A DNA stretch of 64,000 bases. Origin: Pecten maximus (Eukaryota). The stretch's first letter is position 1. Each line of letters begins with the position of its first letter. The DNA lies in contig NC_047028.1 in NCBI RefSeq assembly GCF_902652985.1, positions 23,870,001-23,934,000 of the forward strand. Direction: 5' to 3'. The notes under the pieces are model-generated. The model saw only the letters and a program-made list of their open reading frames with translations. It did no database searches and was not told the origin of the DNA. Shown here in pieces: positions 63,440 to 64,000 of this stretch. A program made the position numbers and the translations under genes.

Positions 63440-64000
63440 GCTTTTCCAATAACTTCTTTACCTACAAATGTCGAGTTCAAATTCTTCAAACATAATGATT
63501 GAATTTTTTGTAAACATATTCATTATGCGACAAAAGTTCGTATCAAAGGAAAGTTTAAATCTATTTTAACATATTGTGTTTGTGTGTTATATTGATAGAA
63601 AACTTCTTTAAATAACTCCGCTGAAATATGCACAAACGACGCCGCGAAGTTGAACATCACAGCTGATTATTACGCCAATCATACCGTCCGATTTAATTAT
63701 CAGTCCTTTCCTGGATTTCGTAGGTATGCTATTATTTCTCATGGTTATGTTAAATGTTCATTTTATTCATTTAAACATTCAGGTGAAAATGCATTCAAAC
63801 AAATATTTTGTGCTGATCACTGTGTATATTTTACGTTTGTCAGTATTTTTACGCGAACTCACGTCAATTGATGGACACAGAAGATTTTACATTTTTTGTG
63901 TTTGGGATATAAATTCACGATAAAAAGTACGTGGGAACGATAAGAAAGGTATTTTTCTGCTGGTACAACATTGGTACCGAATGTCACCGACCACTGTTTA
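63440..64000. mobile_element. Inverted relative of the 55310-57260 element, running off the window
   Basis: Reverse complement of 63445-63485 and 63880-63990 aligns by eye to 56455-56505 and 55830-55950. Confidence 0.55.

Overview
AT-rich eukaryotic DNA. The repeat families (CR1-type LINE, Sola2, pogo/Tigger-like MITE, Meta/Deu-type SINE fragments, HINE) point to a bivalve mollusc, possibly a scallop; this is an inference. The main content is a cluster of about 18 copies of one unrecognised family of small (65-71 aa) secreted peptide-precursor genes: 8 intact, 1 frameshifted and about 9 pseudogenes or fragments. Each gene has an E-box plus TATA promoter, a short non-coding exon 1, one 5'-UTR intron and a single coding exon. 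The coding exon encodes a signal peptide ending in (C)VAILSEG, a variable middle and a conserved KP-x-x-DKI...AEEL...P tail. Most members end in a basic site, then AAE(E/V).., then G/GK/GR-stop, which predicts a C-terminal amidated Pro-rich peptide. The 'C' subfamily has lost that site and instead carries a hypervariable, Cys-containing N-terminal peptide followed by Gly and basic residues; every aligned codon difference between C2 and C3 changes the amino acid. Left of a 500-N gap (47688-48187) the genes lie in a tandem ~13-kb D-A-B-C unit present about 2.4 times. This array is interrupted by a full-length 7.5-kb CR1-like LINE, a 5.4-kb Sola2 transposon with a 7-exon transposase pseudogene, MITEs and a 27-bp minisatellite. 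Right of the gap are four minus-strand exons of a Ca-binding EGF-repeat protein, followed by seven more family members in mixed orientation.
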